A DNA stretch of 9,078 nucleotides from Paraphysomonas bandaiensis (lineage: Eukaryota; Protista; Chrysophyceae), in NCBI GenBank assembly GCA_965644295.1, contig CBFFRP010000384.1, positions 1 through 9,078 of the forward strand, given 5' to 3'. Positions 6,995 to 9,078 of the stretch are shown here, one piece after another. Positions within the stretch are counted from its first letter, which is position 1; every line of letters begins with the position of its first letter. The position numbers were made by a program, and so were the translations under genes. Below the pieces are notes generated by a model. The model was not told the origin of the DNA, did not search any database, and saw nothing but the letters and a program-made list of their open reading frames with translations.

Positions 6995-8964
6995 CCCCTG
7001 TGATGTGTCTACTCGTTCCCAACGATCAGACATATCAAATGACGAAACAATTTTCCTTGTAGGGGTTTAGTCAGCACATCAGCCAACATCTCTCCTGTAG
7101 GTAAGTACTGAAGCTTCACGTCTCCCCTATCATGGTGTTCTTCGACTAAAGCCTGCCTTACTCGTAGATATTTCGATCGGTATTTGCCTCCTCCTTTCGT
7201 TACGAGACTGAGATTCGACAAGTTGTCCTGATAAATAACAGGTGGGTCAAGCGCATAGCCCTGCCCACACACAAACTCATGTAATCTCATTGCATTAGAC
7301 ATCATATCAGATAGGCCGACCAGCTCGGATTCGGTCGAGTCTTTCGTCACGATTCGTTGCTTAGTTGATCGGCATAGTACTGTGGCCCCTCCAAGCTGTA
7401 CAACTACGCCTGTATGCCCTTTTCCGTCATCGTGGGTGGCGAACGAAGCGTCGATGAAGCTTCTTACCCGCAGCTGCTCTCCAATCTTCAGCTGCAGATC
7501 TTGATCCCTTGTGTGCGCAAGGTATTTCAGCACTCGATTCAACTTCTGCTGATCTCCGATAGTCGGACCCTTCACTCTTGTTGTGAGGTACGCTATACTG
7601 AGCAGGATGTCTGGTCTAACTCTTATTGACAGATATAGCAATTTGGCCACCACTGAATGGAAATTGGCAGCCTCCTTCCTCCCCAATTTCTGTCCTGCGC
7701 CCTCTGTGAACAGTGATGATGTCGCTGGAGATGCTGCTCTGCCAGTGACCGCTGCCTCCTCCAGCACTCCGTCTAGGTAAGCCCTCATTGACACCACTGC
7801 CCTGTCATCTATCATGCTCACATGCATACCTAAATACGACATGTCTTTGTCATCACAGTATTTTACCTCACCATATTGTTTCTTTAGTTGTTCCACCAAC
7901 CACTCGGTGTCACGCTTGTCTTGTGATAGCACTAGCAGATCGTCCACGTGTAGTGTTATAGTGCACTGCTTGCCGTTGACAGTCCTATTGAGAACACACT
8001 GATCCACCGGGTTAGCCACGAAACCAATGCTCTCCAGGTAAGCTCTTATCGTGTTGTACCAGAGCTTGGCGCTCTGCACGCATCCATATAACGCTTTGTC
8101 TAGGCGCACCAATATTTTGCCTCTTTCATCAACATACGGCTGGATTGTGGGGTCTAGTTTTCTGAGTATTGTGGCCAACATCGGCTCCAATTCCATTATT
8201 ACCTCTTCGCCTGACATCTCCGCATTGAGGTATGCACCACCTATATCAATTGTCGATACATGTCTCCCCTCTCTCGCTGCTATTGCTAGGCATGCAAATA
8301 CTGACTGTATGTCCACAGTGGGTGACGACGTGTCTGGGTACAGTTTCCGGTCCTGCTGCGCCCCGTTCGCAACCAGCCTCGCCTTGATTTTCTCGAACCT
8401 TCCGAGTCCGTCGTATTTCGTCTTCAAGAACATCAGCGATCGAATTGTTCGTTTGAGTTGAGTCTTTGACAGGTCACTCCGGTGTACTGGAACTATCGCC
8501 TTTTTTTCATGCAGCAGCTGCTTCAGCTCCCGTACTATCGCCAGGTAGGCTTCTTTGCCGTGTTCCTTTAAACCTTTGGTTACGCTTGTGTGATAGGCTC
8601 GATACATTACGGGCTTTCTTCTTGTGCCTGCCGCTATCCTTGCTCCGGCTGATGGTGATGATAGTACTTCGCTTGTATTGTGTGTCATCCCTGCAGTTTC
8701 CACCCCTGTAATTTCCGGATTGTCGATGTCGTTGGGTGTTGCAGCGCCCGGTTCCTGTTCGCTCGGCCCATCAGCCCTGTCGCCATCATCGTCGATTAGT
8801 TCCGTGATTTTTGTTCTCTCTCTCTCTTCTGTGTGGGCGTGCACTTCGTCTGTGTCAACTGCTGTCATCTGCCCCTCCTCGTGAGGCTCCTTCGGCTTAT
8901 CGATCTTGTCATTCTCAGCTGGTGGCGTGGTATCCTCGATCTCTCGACTCTCATTCTCACTGGT
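6694..8964 (-). mobile_element. 3' half of a Ty1/copia LTR retrotransposon (linker-RT-RNase H-3' LTR), 5'-truncated or interrupted
   Basis: Copia-type RT followed by a terminal RNase H with no downstream integrase, which is the copia domain order. A short purine tract and TG follow the stop codon closely. Boundaries are approximate. Confidence 0.85.
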
Positions 8965-9021
8965 CGTGACACACACAGACAGGACGAAGGGCCGAGGGGT
9001 CGCTCTAAGCCGCTTAGGCAT
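7009..9021 (-). CDS. pol: Ty1/copia Pol fragment: acidic linker + reverse transcriptase (RVT_2 type) + RNase H
   Basis: RT motifs KARLVANG, DIGGAYLNA, LDKALYGCVQSAKLWY, LHVDDLL and YLGM. RNase H motifs FIDASFA, KQRIVTKDSTESELVG, IYQDN and MLADVLTKPL. The frame has 670 uninterrupted codons; the ATG at 9021 is probably not native to the element. Confidence 0.96.
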   Translation of the reverse strand: MPKRLRATPRPFVLSVCVTTSENESREIEDTTPPAENDKIDKPKEPHEEGQMTAVDTDEVHAHTEERERTKITELIDDDGDRADGPSEQEPGAATPNDIDNPEITGVETAGMTHNTSEVLSSPSAGARIAAGTRRKPVMYRAYHTSVTKGLKEHGKEAYLAIVRELKQLLHEKKAIVPVHRSDLSKTQLKRTIRSLMFLKTKYDGLGRFEKIKARLVANGAQQDRKLYPDTSSPTVDIQSVFACLAIAAREGRHVSTIDIGGAYLNAEMSGEEVIMELEPMLATILRKLDPTIQPYVDERGKILVRLDKALYGCVQSAKLWYNTIRAYLESIGFVANPVDQCVLNRTVNGKQCTITLHVDDLLVLSQDKRDTEWLVEQLKKQYGEVKYCDDKDMSYLGMHVSMIDDRAVVSMRAYLDGVLEEAAVTGRAASPATSSLFTEGAGQKLGRKEAANFHSVVAKLLYLSIRVRPDILLSIAYLTTRVKGPTIGDQQKLNRVLKYLAHTRDQDLQLKIGEQLRVRSFIDASFATHDDGKGHTGVVVQLGGATVLCRSTKQRIVTKDSTESELVGLSDMMSNAMRLHEFVCGQGYALDPPVIYQDNLSNLSLVTKGGGKYRSKYLRVRQALVEEHHDRGDVKLQYLPTGEMLADVLTKPLQGKLFRHLICLIVGNE

Positions 9022-9078
9022 TCTTCCTGAGCCAGAAAGGCTCTCGTATCGTAATAAAACTTCGTTTTATTACTCTTT
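8965..9078. other. Hairpin cluster plus short (GT/GTCT) microsatellite; probable terminus of a different transposon
   Basis: Inverted repeats are ctaagc-c-gcttag (9005-9017), gagcc-agaaa-ggctc (9029-9043) and gtaataaaac-ttc-gttttattac (9051-9073). gacacacacagacag lies at 8968-8982. Confidence 0.5.

Noticed and set aside
680-7011. TAG reassignment (in-frame TAGs at 680, 1352 and elsewhere)
   Set aside because: The 443- and 670-codon ORFs contain no internal TAG, and pol ends with TAG at the normal RNase H end, so TAG acts as a stop.
7414-9030. Plus-strand ORFs opposite pol
   Set aside because: They are antisense shadows of the copia coding frame.

Overview
Eukaryotic genomic DNA, probably a fungus or unicellular eukaryote (TTAGGG-type repeats; taxon not determinable). 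There are no prokaryotic, rRNA, tRNA or CRISPR features. A small island of two intronless minus-strand genes lies between transposon material. One gene is a 7TM GPCR-like receptor (ATG 3002). Its Ser/Thr-rich tail carries about 3.3 copies of a 138-bp (46-aa) repeat, broken by a 1-bp insertion at 1682/1683. The other is a 153-aa unknown protein (3544-4005). On the right is a Ty1/copia RT-RNase H reading frame (7009-9021, minus) with a candidate 3' LTR; its 5' side ends abruptly at a hairpin-rich, apparently non-copia segment. On the left edge is a probable 5' LTR plus gag start of a second, different LTR element. Between them are an interstitial telomere-like repeat, a 50-nt purine/pyrimidine alternation, a dense ACCTCAC motif array and a 42-bp duplication in decayed coding-like DNA. 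I cannot demonstrate a new system. The best leads are the repeat-tailed receptor lacking the DRY arginine, the chimeric RT-RNase H-only ORF and the ACCTCAC array.
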